The notes under the pieces are model-generated. The model saw only the letters and a program-made list of their open reading frames with translations, did not search any database and was not told the origin of the DNA. The position numbers and the translations under genes were made by a program. From an uncultured Chloroflexia bacterium (GTDB lineage Bacteria; Chloroflexota; Limnocylindria; Limnocylindrales; CSP1-4), in the NCBI GenBank assembly GCA_963768655.1, contig CAVYIM010000005.1, positions 128,001 through 192,000 of the forward strand: 64,000 bases of DNA, written 5' to 3'. This document shows, piece by piece, positions 51,667-60,438 of this stretch (position 1 is its first letter; every line of letters begins with the position of its first letter).

Positions 51667-52890
51667 TCAGCCCAGCCCGAATCGCCGCTCCGCCAGCTCC
51701 GCGAGCTCGCGTCCGATCGCCAGGGAAGCGGTCGCCGCGGGCGAGGGCGCGTTTCGGACGTGGAGGACCCGTCCGCCGCCGCCGATCGAGAAGTCGTCGA
51801 CCAGTTCGCCGTTCAGCCGCACCGACTGCGCCCTCACCCCGGACGGGCCCGGCTCCAGGTCCTCGTCGCGGAGCTCGGGCACGTAGCGCCGCACCGCGGC
51901 CGCGAAGGCCGGCTTGTAGAAATCCCGCAGCATCTCGGCCGCGCCGGCTCGCCAGAACCGAAACGCCAGCCGCAGGAAGCCGCGATCGGCGAGCGTCTCG
52001 GCCAGCTCACGGGGCGCGATGTCGGTCCGGTCGTAGCCCTCGCGCGCGAAGGCGAGGACCGCGTTGGGCCCGGCCCACACGTCGCCATCGATCCGGCGGG
52101 TGAGGTGGATGCCGAGGAACGGGAAGCGCGGGTCGTTGACGGGGTAGATCAGCGCCCTGACGAGGCGGCGGGCCTCGGGGCGGAGCCGGTAGTAGTCGCC
52201 ACGGAACGGGACCACTCTCTCGTGACCGGCGTGGCCGGTCATGGCCGCGACACGGTCCGACCACAGGCCCGCGCAGGCGATCACGGCCCCGGCGCGCGCC
52301 TCGCCGTCGGCCCAGCGCACGACCAGCTCCTCGCCCGATCCCGCCGCGTACCGCTCGATCGAGTCGACGCGGCAGGCGAGCAGGATGTCGCCGCCGCGCG
52401 CCCGAACCTCGTCCGCGTACGCGCGACCCACGACCCCGAAGTCGACGATCGCCGTGGTCGGCGAGTACAACCCGGCCACGCCCGCCGCGTGCGGCTCGAT
52501 CTCCGAGATTCGCTCAGGCCCCACGTACTCGAGTCCGGCAACGCCGTTGGCGGCCGCCCTTCTCGCCAGCGCCTCCAGGCCGGGCACCTCGGCCCGGTCG
52601 ACGGCCACGACCAGCTTGCCGCAGCGCTCGATCGGAATGGCGTGCTCGGCGGCGAACAGCTCGAGCTGGGCTTTGCCCTCGCGGCACAGCCTGGCCTTGC
52701 GCGAGCCGGCGGCGTAGTAGAGGCCGGCGTGGACCACGCCGCTGTTGTGAGTGGATTGGTGGAGCAGGAGTTCCCGTTCTTTCTCGAGGAGCACCAGCCG
52801 AACCTTCGGCCGTCGCTCCAGCAGGCGGAGCGCTGTGGCCAGGCCGACTACTCCACCGCCGATGATGGCAACGTCGTACCGGTCGCTCAC
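51667..52890 (-). CDS. lhgO: L-2-hydroxyglutarate oxidase family FAD-dependent oxidoreductase
   Basis: IIGGGVVG, HQSTHNSGVVHAGLYY, PFRGDYY, YPV.DPRFPFLGIH, GVRAQ, NAPSPAATASLAI. Confidence 0.92.
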   Translation of the reverse strand: MSDRYDVAIIGGGVVGLATALRLLERRPKVRLVLLEKERELLLHQSTHNSGVVHAGLYYAAGSRKARLCREGKAQLELFAAEHAIPIERCGKLVVAVDRAEVPGLEALARRAAANGVAGLEYVGPERISEIEPHAAGVAGLYSPTTAIVDFGVVGRAYADEVRARGGDILLACRVDSIERYAAGSGEELVVRWADGEARAGAVIACAGLWSDRVAAMTGHAGHERVVPFRGDYYRLRPEARRLVRALIYPVNDPRFPFLGIHLTRRIDGDVWAGPNAVLAFAREGYDRTDIAPRELAETLADRGFLRLAFRFWRAGAAEMLRDFYKPAFAAAVRRYVPELRDEDLEPGPSGVRAQSVRLNGELVDDFSIGGGGRVLHVRNAPSPAATASLAIGRELAELAERRFGLG

Positions 52891-52908
52891 CGATGAACCG
52901 GCGTAGGC

Positions 52909-53499
52909 CTAGGGGGCCGCCGAGGGCGGCGCGTCCGGAACGTTGCTGTAGGTGGCGGGCTGGACGAAACCGAAGGGTCCGCCCCAGTACCGCAGCCAGG
53001 CCCGGCCGATGACGGTCGACTCGGGGATCGGCCCGAACAGCCGTGAATCCTCCGATTCCTGGCGGTGATCCCCCAGGACGAAGAGATCGCCGGCCGGCAC
53101 CTGCCATACCGACTGGCTGGTCAGTGGCTCCGTCGCCTGCCCCTCGTAGACGTAGGGCTCGTCGAGCTTCGCACCGTTGACCCAGACGGCGCCGTCCTTG
53201 ACCTCGACCGTGTCGCCGCCCACGCCCACCACGCGCTTGATGAACGGGACGTTGTCGTCGCCCTGGTCGTAGCCGGCCGGCGGCTGGAGGACGATGACGT
53301 CGCCGCGTTTGTAGTCGCTGAAATGGGGCGAGATCTTGTCGACGAGCACGTACTGCCCGTTCTCGAGAGTGGACTCCATCGAGACCCCGATGATCTGGTA
53401 GGGCTGGGCGACGAAGGTCTGGACGACGAAGAAGATGACCAGCGTCAGAACGATCGTCTCGAGGATCTCGAGAAGGCAGCCGCGCCAGTTCGAGTTCAT
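52909..53499 (-). CDS. lepB: Signal peptidase I
   Basis: One TM helix, G.SMESTL, RGDVIV, FIKRVVG, LGDHR..SEDSR.FG. Confidence 0.94.
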   Translation of the reverse strand: MNSNWRGCLLEILETIVLTLVIFFVVQTFVAQPYQIIGVSMESTLENGQYVLVDKISPHFSDYKRGDVIVLQPPAGYDQGDDNVPFIKRVVGVGGDTVEVKDGAVWVNGAKLDEPYVYEGQATEPLTSQSVWQVPAGDLFVLGDHRQESEDSRLFGPIPESTVIGRAWLRYWGGPFGFVQPATYSNVPDAPPSAAP

Positions 53500-53772
53500 C
53501 CGGGTTTGCCCTCTGCTACTTTGCGGGCAAGAACCCGCGACGAGTGATCGAGTGGCCTAGAAAGGTAGCACCTCCCAAGGTTTCGGCGGCGACAGCGCCG
53601 CCCTGGAAGCACTGCTGGAGCCGCGGCTGGTGCCGGGGCGTACGAGAGACGCCGGAACCGCTCCGGCAGGGCACGCGCAGGCCGGCGCCTCGACCTCCCG
53701 CGCGTCCCGGCCCCTGCTCTTCGCCGCGCAACGATCTCCCGCTCTTCGGGCCAGTCCGGTATCGTTCGCACG

Positions 53773-53995
53773 GTGAGCACCATCGTTGAGTTTCGGGGGC
53801 CATTCCGTCTGGTCGAGGAGGACTCGAACCGGCTGCGCAAGATCGGCCGGGGCACGTGGTATTGCCGGTGCGGCGGCCAGGCCGATTTCGACCCACGACA
53901 ACCCCAGGTGCGATGTCTGTCGAGGCGGAGGCGACTGCGGCCTCGACTGCGGCCTGTCCAGCCTCTACTGCCCCAAGTGCGGCTCGAAACTCTGA
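53773..53995 (+). CDS. Small 8-Cys putative metal-binding protein; apparent +1 frameshift near 53890
   Basis: TATCGT-N7-GTG start. MSTIVEF...WYCRCGGQADF joins THDNPRCDVCRGGGDCGLDCGLSSLYCPKCGSKL* if one G is removed. Confidence 0.65.
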
Positions 53996-54010
53996 GACGC
54001 CGGGCACGCG

Positions 54011-55456
54011 ATGGCAGCCACCGCCCGACCCAGGTCCCATCCGATCTACCTCGCCGGCCGTTGGGTCGAATTGCCCGACAGGCTGGTCGTACATGACCCG
54101 GCGCGCGCCGGCACGCCCGCGGGCGCGACATACACCGCTACGCCCGAGCAGTACGAGGAGGCGGTCACTGCGGCCGTGGCGGCCTTCGGGCGAACCCGCA
54201 ACATGCCCGCCTTCGAGCGAAGCGCGGCACTGCGGAAGATCAGCGCCGGCATCGCGGCCCGGCGCGATGAGATCGGCCGGCTCATCGCCCTGGAATCGGG
54301 CAAGCCCATTCGCGACGCGCTGACCGAGGTCGACCGGGGCATCCTGACCTTCCGCATCGGCGCCGAGGAGGCCGAGCGCATCGGCGGCGAACTCATCCCG
54401 CTGGACCTCAACGCGGCCTCGCGGGGCCGGACCGGCATCACCCGTCGCTTCCCGATCGGCCCGGTCGCGGCCATAAGCCCCTTCAACTTCCCGCTGAACC
54501 TGGCCGCCCATAAGCTCGCCCCCGCCATCGCCTCGGGCAACCCGATCGTGCTCAAGCCGCCATCGAAGGATCCCCTGACGATGCTGACGGTCGCGGAGAT
54601 CGTCGCCGAGGCCGGGCTCCCCGAAGGCGCGGTCAGCATCCTGCCGATGACTCGGGAGCTGGGCGACCGGATGGTCGGCGACGACCGCTTCAAGCTGCTG
54701 ACCTTCACCGGCAGCCCGGCTGTCGGGTGGAGGATGAAGGAACGCGCGGGCAAGAAACGGGTCGTGCTCGAGCTCGGCGGCAATGCCGGCGTGATCGTCG
54801 ATCGCTCGGCCGACCTCGACTGGGCGGTTCGGCGCATCCTCGTCGGGGCCTTCAGCTACGCCGGCCAGGTCTGCATCAGCGTCCAGCGGATGTTCGTCCA
54901 CGAGGCGATCTGGGACGACTTCATGGGCCGGTTCGTCGAGGGCGCCCGCCGCCTGCGCCTCGGCGATCCTCTCGACCCGCAGACCGACATCGGCCCGATG
55001 GTGGATTCGACGGCGACCGCCCGAGCGCAAGCCTGGGTGGACGAAGCCCGGTCGATGGGCGGTCGAGTCCTCGCGGGCGGGACGGCCGACGGCTCGTACT
55101 TCCCGCCGACGATCCTGACTGACGTCCCTGCCTCGGCGCAGGTCTGCCGGCTCGAGGCCTTCGCGCCGCTCGTGGTGGCCGCGCCGTTCTCCGATTTCGA
55201 GACCGCCGTCCGCGGCGTGAATGACAGCCTCTACGGCCTCCAGGCGGGCGTCTTCACGAACGACCTGGCTCACGCCTGGTCTGCCTTCCAAGAGCTCGAG
55301 GTGGGCGGCGTCATCGTCAACGACGTGCCCACCTACCGCATCGACCACATGCCCTACGGAGGCTCCAAGGATTCCGGCCAGGGCCGGGAGGGGATCCGGT
55401 ACGCCATCGAAGACATGACCGAGATCCGCATCTTGGTCCTGGCGCAGCCGGGCTAG
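54011..55456 (+). CDS. NAD(P)-dependent aldehyde dehydrogenase
   Basis: ISPFNFP, FTGS, LELGGN, GQVCIS, EAFAP, MPYGGSKDSG.GREG. Confidence 0.95.
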   Translation: MAATARPRSHPIYLAGRWVELPDRLVVHDPARAGTPAGATYTATPEQYEEAVTAAVAAFGRTRNMPAFERSAALRKISAGIAARRDEIGRLIALESGKPIRDALTEVDRGILTFRIGAEEAERIGGELIPLDLNAASRGRTGITRRFPIGPVAAISPFNFPLNLAAHKLAPAIASGNPIVLKPPSKDPLTMLTVAEIVAEAGLPEGAVSILPMTRELGDRMVGDDRFKLLTFTGSPAVGWRMKERAGKKRVVLELGGNAGVIVDRSADLDWAVRRILVGAFSYAGQVCISVQRMFVHEAIWDDFMGRFVEGARRLRLGDPLDPQTDIGPMVDSTATARAQAWVDEARSMGGRVLAGGTADGSYFPPTILTDVPASAQVCRLEAFAPLVVAAPFSDFETAVRGVNDSLYGLQAGVFTNDLAHAWSAFQELEVGGVIVNDVPTYRIDHMPYGGSKDSGQGREGIRYAIEDMTEIRILVLAQPG

Positions 55457-55712
55457 CCGAACTGCGCCTCGAGTGGCGCCCGGTCGCGCGGGTTCGGGCT
55501 CGCTGCCGGTTCTGGTCAGATCGAAGCACAGATTCGACCGATCGAGCCGCGTTGCGCCCGGCCTGCTCACCCGGCGAGCAGGTGCGACATCTCCGAACGG
55601 TGGGCCCCGGCGAGCTGGTCGAATCTGGTCACGCACCGGCCCGCCTACCAGAGGCTCGCGCGTCGAACCTGTGTCCCGATCCGGCCGGATTCGACCCCAG
55701 CGGTTCCGACGG

Positions 55713-56888
55713 TCAAGGGCTGGCGGCGAGCTCGACGCCGTGCCCGATCTCGTCATGCTCCCGGGCCTGCGCAGTTGCGCGCTCCGCGTCCAGGAGCTGG
55801 CGCTTGCGGGCCAGGCCGTAGGCGTAGCCATGGAGCGAGCCGTCCGACGCCACGACACGATGGCACGGCACGACGACCGCCACGGGGTTCGCGGCGCAGG
55901 CGGCGCCGACGGCCCGCGCAGCCTTCGGGGCGCCGATGGCCGCCGCCACCTGTCCGTAGGAGCGGGTTTCGCCGGCGGGGATGCGCCGCAGCGCCTCCCA
56001 GACCCGCCGCCGGAATGCCGTCGCGTGGACATCCAGCGGCAGGCCGCTCACCTCGGGCCGGGGCCTGCCGGCCGCCAGATCAGAGACCAGAGCGGCCATC
56101 GCGGCCATGCCGGAGTCGTCGCGAGTGATGGCGGCGCGGGGGAACTCGGCCCGCAGCTCCGACTCCAGGGCAGCCGGCTCCCGGCCGAGGCGGACGGCGC
56201 ACAGGCCCCGATCCGTGGCCGCGACCAGCGCCACTCCGTCGGGGATCGGAGTGGCGGTCCAGCGGACCCGCTCCCCTGCCCCGCCGGTTCGATACCGCCC
56301 CGGCGCCATGCCCAGCTCGGCGCCCGCGGCCTCGTAGGCGGCGCTCGACGAGCCGTACCCGGCGTCGAACAGCGCGCCCAGCACGTCCCGTCCGCCGGCC
56401 AGATGGTTGCGCAGCCGCTCTGCCCGTCTGGCGGCGACCCAGCCACGCGGCGTCACTCCCAGCCGCTCGCGAAAGACCTCGCGGAGCCGGCGCTCCGACA
56501 GCCCGACCGCGGCGGCGAGCTCACGGTCGCCGGGGACGTCGTCACCCGATTCGAACGCCGCGGTCAGCCTGGCCACGGTCGCCTCGACAGCGTCCCGCTC
56601 GGTCGAGGTGGCGTCCGAGCGGCCGGCAGGCCCGCCGGCCCCGCGCTCCGGATGACATCGCAGACAGGGCCGCGCGCCTGCCGCCAGCGCTTCCTCGAGA
56701 TCTGCCACGATCCTGACCCGCTCGCGGGCCGGCGTCCGGGCGGCGCATCCGGGCAGGCAGGTAATCCCGGTGCTGGTCACGACGAGCAGCCACGCCGTCC
56801 CCGGCTCGCGCCGCCGTTCCGAGATTGCCGCCCACTGCGCGTCCGTGGGCGCGGAGCCTACCTGACCGAGTCTCTGTCTCTGGTTCAT
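55713..56888 (-). CDS. ada: Bifunctional Ada regulator / O6-methylguanine-DNA methyltransferase
   Basis: Ada zinc site (TGITC.PGC...RPCLRC.P), AraC-like HTH and active site VPCHRV. Confidence 0.9.
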   Translation of the reverse strand: MNQRQRLGQVGSAPTDAQWAAISERRREPGTAWLLVVTSTGITCLPGCAARTPARERVRIVADLEEALAAGARPCLRCHPERGAGGPAGRSDATSTERDAVEATVARLTAAFESGDDVPGDRELAAAVGLSERRLREVFRERLGVTPRGWVAARRAERLRNHLAGGRDVLGALFDAGYGSSSAAYEAAGAELGMAPGRYRTGGAGERVRWTATPIPDGVALVAATDRGLCAVRLGREPAALESELRAEFPRAAITRDDSGMAAMAALVSDLAAGRPRPEVSGLPLDVHATAFRRRVWEALRRIPAGETRSYGQVAAAIGAPKAARAVGAACAANPVAVVVPCHRVVASDGSLHGYAYGLARKRQLLDAERATAQAREHDEIGHGVELAASP

Positions 56889-56978
56889 GCGTCGATGCTA
56901 GACCGGCTCCCAGATTGTGGCTTCCGGTCGACGGTTTCGACCGAGCGAGATACGCCGGCCGGGCGCTACAGTCGAACC

Positions 56979-57998
56979 ATGAAAGTCGGCATCGCCATCG
57001 GCGGAGACCTGCACGAGGTCGCGACCCTGGCCGGTCGAGCCGAAGCGGTCGGGCTCGAGTCGGTCTGGCTGGCCGAGCTCGACCATTCCGCCTTCGTCCA
57101 GGCTGCCGCCGCGATCTCGACCACGTCGCGGATCGGCGTCGGGACCGGCGTGGCCCTGGCGTTCCCGCGCTCCCCGACGATCACGGCGATGACCGCCTGG
57201 GACCTCGACGAGCTGTCCGGCAATCGCTTCATGCTCGGCCTGGGCCCGCAGGTCAAACGCGTCCTGGAAGCCCGCTTCTCGGTTCGCGTCGAGAAGCCGG
57301 CGCCGCAGATGCGCGAGTACGTCCAGGCGGTTCGAACGATCTGGGCGGCCAACCGCGGCGAGGCGGTCACGCACGCGGGAGAGACCTACACCATCACGAT
57401 GCCGACGTTCTACGGTCAGCCGAGACCAGGGCGGCGCGACACGCCGATCCTGCTGGCCGCCATCGGCCCGGTTCTGTCACGCGTCTGCGGCGAGGTCGCC
57501 GACGGGCTCCTCGGGCATCCCCTGGAATCGCCCCGATACCTGCGGGAAGCCGTGGCTCCGGCGATCGCCGCCGGGCTGGAGCGCTCGGGCCGGCCGCGTA
57601 GCGCCTGCCCGATCACGGCCATGGCGATGGTCTCGATCGGCGACGACGCGGACGCCGCCCGCCGGGCGGCCAGGCTCCAGATCGCCTTCTACGCGACCAC
57701 GCCATCGTACAAGCCGATCCTCGCGCTGCACGACCGCGCCGCTCTGCCCAGGGACCTGCGGCGGGCCTTCGTCAACCGCGACACCGCCCGAATGACGGAG
57801 CTCATCGACGACGAGCTGCTCGACGCGATCGCGATCGCCGGGCGCCCGGACGAGGCCCTCGATCGGCTCCGGGCGTGGGAAGGTGTCGCCGACCGAGTGG
57901 TGCTCGGCGTGCCCTGGTACGGGTTGACGCCCGAGCGCCAGCGTGAGGCCATCGAAGCTGCGCTGGATCTGGGCGCACGCTGCGGCGGCGCTCAGTAG
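56979..57998 (+). CDS. LLM-class (luciferase-like, probably F420-dependent) oxidoreductase
   Basis: GTGVALAFPRSP, RFMLGLG.Q, MREYV, GEVADG..GHP, QIAFYATTPSY. Confidence 0.88.
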   Translation: MKVGIAIGGDLHEVATLAGRAEAVGLESVWLAELDHSAFVQAAAAISTTSRIGVGTGVALAFPRSPTITAMTAWDLDELSGNRFMLGLGPQVKRVLEARFSVRVEKPAPQMREYVQAVRTIWAANRGEAVTHAGETYTITMPTFYGQPRPGRRDTPILLAAIGPVLSRVCGEVADGLLGHPLESPRYLREAVAPAIAAGLERSGRPRSACPITAMAMVSIGDDADAARRAARLQIAFYATTPSYKPILALHDRAALPRDLRRAFVNRDTARMTELIDDELLDAIAIAGRPDEALDRLRAWEGVADRVVLGVPWYGLTPERQREAIEAALDLGARCGGAQ

Positions 57999-59041
57999 CG
58001 TCGCGCGCAAGCCCGGGTCTGCGGCGCTGAGTAGCGCCGCAGACAGCGGGGCGGACGTCCGCGCACTCCGGCCCGCACTCGAAAGATGCCGCCGGCGGCC
58101 GGCTCGGCGGCACGTTCGTCCAGCGTGGCATCTTCCCAGGCCGTCGTGATGAAGAGCTCTGCCAGGTCGTCGCCGCCGAAGGCACAGCTCGACACCCGCG
58201 CGACCGGGAGGTCGACCCCGCCGAGGAGCCCTCCATCGGGCGAGAACCGGAGAACGCACCCGCCCCGCCACACGGCGACCCATACGCAATCCTCGTCGTC
58301 GACGGCGAGCCCGTCCGGCACTGCCGATGCGGGCAGGGCCAGAGAGGCACCCAGGCGGACGAATGGACGGCCTCTTACGAGCGTCCCGGTCCTGGCGTCG
58401 AAGTCGAAGACCGCGATCTCCGGCCGCGCCGAATCCGCGAAGTACATCCTCCGGCCATCTGCCGACCAGTCGAGGCCGTTGGGGATCGTCAAGCCGCGCA
58501 GGATCTCGTCGAATCCCGACCCGCCGAAGCGAAGCAGCGAGCCCGTGCCGGCGGCGCGATCTAAGGCAACGCGGCCGATCCAGAACCGGCCCCACGAGTC
58601 GCACTTCCCGTCGTTGCAGCGGCGGGCAAAGGGCCCGGGCCCGAAGCTCGCCATGACTTCGAGTGCGCCGGTCTCGGGATCCAGGACCCGCAGGGAATCC
58701 GACGCGGCAACGACGAGCGCGCCATCCTCGCGGAGCGCGACGCAACCAACCGGCACACCGATCTCGAAGGCGCGATCCGAGCCGGCCGCCGGATCGAAGC
58801 GGTGCACGCGGCCGGCGTTGATGTCGACCCACCACAGGACGTGCCGCGCCATGTCCCACAGCGGCCCTTCGGCGAGCTCAGCGCGTGCGTCGAGAACGAG
58901 TTCGGCGGTCACGGGCAGGGTCGCCGGCCGATTCGTTGCCTCGGCCGCGAATTCGCGGGAAGGGGCGTCCTCCGACGGGTCCTCTCGCGGGGCTGGAGAC
59001 GCCCGTCCTATCGGCCATGCTTTTCCGTGGTGCTCACGCAT
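57992..59041 (-). CDS. SMP-30/gluconolactonase/LRE family protein
   Basis: LAEGPLWD, WVDI, R.NDGKCD..GR, IPNGLDWS, PDGLAVD, SSCAFGG..L..LFITTA. Start uncertain. Confidence 0.92.
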   Translation of the reverse strand: MREHHGKAWPIGRASPAPREDPSEDAPSREFAAEATNRPATLPVTAELVLDARAELAEGPLWDMARHVLWWVDINAGRVHRFDPAAGSDRAFEIGVPVGCVALREDGALVVAASDSLRVLDPETGALEVMASFGPGPFARRCNDGKCDSWGRFWIGRVALDRAAGTGSLLRFGGSGFDEILRGLTIPNGLDWSADGRRMYFADSARPEIAVFDFDARTGTLVRGRPFVRLGASLALPASAVPDGLAVDDEDCVWVAVWRGGCVLRFSPDGGLLGGVDLPVARVSSCAFGGDDLAELFITTAWEDATLDERAAEPAAGGIFRVRAGVRGRPPRCLRRYSAPQTRACARRY

Positions 59042-59047
59042 CCCCGG

Positions 59048-60133
59048 CTACTGGCCACCGGGCGGCTGGTTCGTGTCGCCTGCGGGACTATCGGCAGGCG
59101 CGGGAGGCGCGGGAGGCGCGGGTGGGGCGCCTGGCGCCGGTGGCGGCGGGTATCCGGGCCCGCCCTGTGGCGGATACCCGGACCAGGGCTGCGGCGGGTA
59201 TGCCGGGCTCTGCGGCGGGAATGGGTAGGCGGGTCCGCCCTGCGGCGGATAACCGGGCCCGGCCGGCGGAGGCGCGCCCTGCGGCGGGTATCCGGGCGCG
59301 CCTTGCGGCGGATAGCCCGGCCAGGCCTGCGGCGGGTATGGGAAGCCGGGCCCACCAGGGGGCGGCCAATATGGCGCGCCCTGCGGAGGGTATGGGTAGC
59401 CTGGCCAGCCCGCGACGGCTTGCGCCGGTCCAACGACGATGGAACCGGCGAGCCTGTCGTGAAGCCCGCGGCGGAGTGGATGCGTGCCCGCCGACACGAT
59501 CAGAACGATGAGCCAGATGAGGCTCCCCCACGACACGAGATCGGAGGCGAGAGCGAGGCTCCCGAACGAGGTGAGGCCGAGGGTCGACCCGTACGCGCCC
59601 GACCCCAGCCATTCGTTCGTCGGCGTCGTCGAGATCGCGTCGCACATCAGCACGAGAAAGACGGCGCCGACCCCGACGGAAAGGCCTTCGAGCAGGACCC
59701 AGCGAAACAGTGCTTGGCCAAGCGACAGTCTGTTGCCGCTGGCAACGTCCGCCACCCGCAGATGCAAACCCTGCTGGCACGGCGTACCGCCGAACTTCGC
59801 CCAGCATCCGGCGTAGTAGAGCGCGTTGAGTGCGACGTATACCGCGGCCGCCACGATGAGAAGGCCGGTGTTGACGTTGAGCAGTGGAGCCGTGACGGTG
59901 GCGAACGGCTGGTATGCCTCCTGATCGATCTGCTTGATCTGGTCAAGCGCCTGCGAATTGAGAGAAACGGCGCCGGTGACGATGGCTAGGATCACGGCGA
60001 TGCCCGATACCAGGCTGCCCAGGAACCCGTCCAGGATCCACGCGCCCACGCGCCGGCCCATTCCGGCCACCTGGATTCCTGGCGGCAGATGCACGTCAGG
60101 CGCCTGATTCGCCGGCACCACCCAACCGCTCAT
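59048..60133 (-). CDS. RDD family membrane protein with a Pro/Gly/Tyr-rich C-terminal tail
   Basis: RRVGAWILD, GGTP, RGLHDRLAGSIVV, repeated GYPPQG. RBS ggagg. Confidence 0.88.
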   Translation of the reverse strand: MSGWVVPANQAPDVHLPPGIQVAGMGRRVGAWILDGFLGSLVSGIAVILAIVTGAVSLNSQALDQIKQIDQEAYQPFATVTAPLLNVNTGLLIVAAAVYVALNALYYAGCWAKFGGTPCQQGLHLRVADVASGNRLSLGQALFRWVLLEGLSVGVGAVFLVLMCDAISTTPTNEWLGSGAYGSTLGLTSFGSLALASDLVSWGSLIWLIVLIVSAGTHPLRRGLHDRLAGSIVVGPAQAVAGWPGYPYPPQGAPYWPPPGGPGFPYPPQAWPGYPPQGAPGYPPQGAPPPAGPGYPPQGGPAYPFPPQSPAYPPQPWSGYPPQGGPGYPPPPAPGAPPAPPAPPAPADSPAGDTNQPPGGQ

Positions 60134-60438
60134 GCGTGCACCTCCAGCCACTCTCGCCTGCCGCAAGCCCTATCGGTCGAGCCCGAGCATACGCTGGCCG
60201 CCGGCCGCGTAGTTGGTCGCTTCGACATCCCGGCGCGATCACTCCCGAGTCAGGCCGCGAACCCTTTCGACCAGGCGGCGCTTCGCCTAACATCAGGCCG
60301 GTCCACGGTGTCGCGTCCCGGCGGATTGACACAATTGGCGTGAGGGAGCGCAGATCGGCCCGCAGCGCCACGCCTGCCCGCGGTGCCGCGTCCTACGGGC
60401 GTTGCGCGGCTCAAGTGGGGCCGCCGGGGAGGTGAGGG

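Noticed and set aside
37326-55456. Aminotransferase, LhgO and ALDH as a lysine/glutarate degradation cluster
   Set aside because: The genes are scattered and in different transcription units, and substrate specificity cannot be read from motifs.
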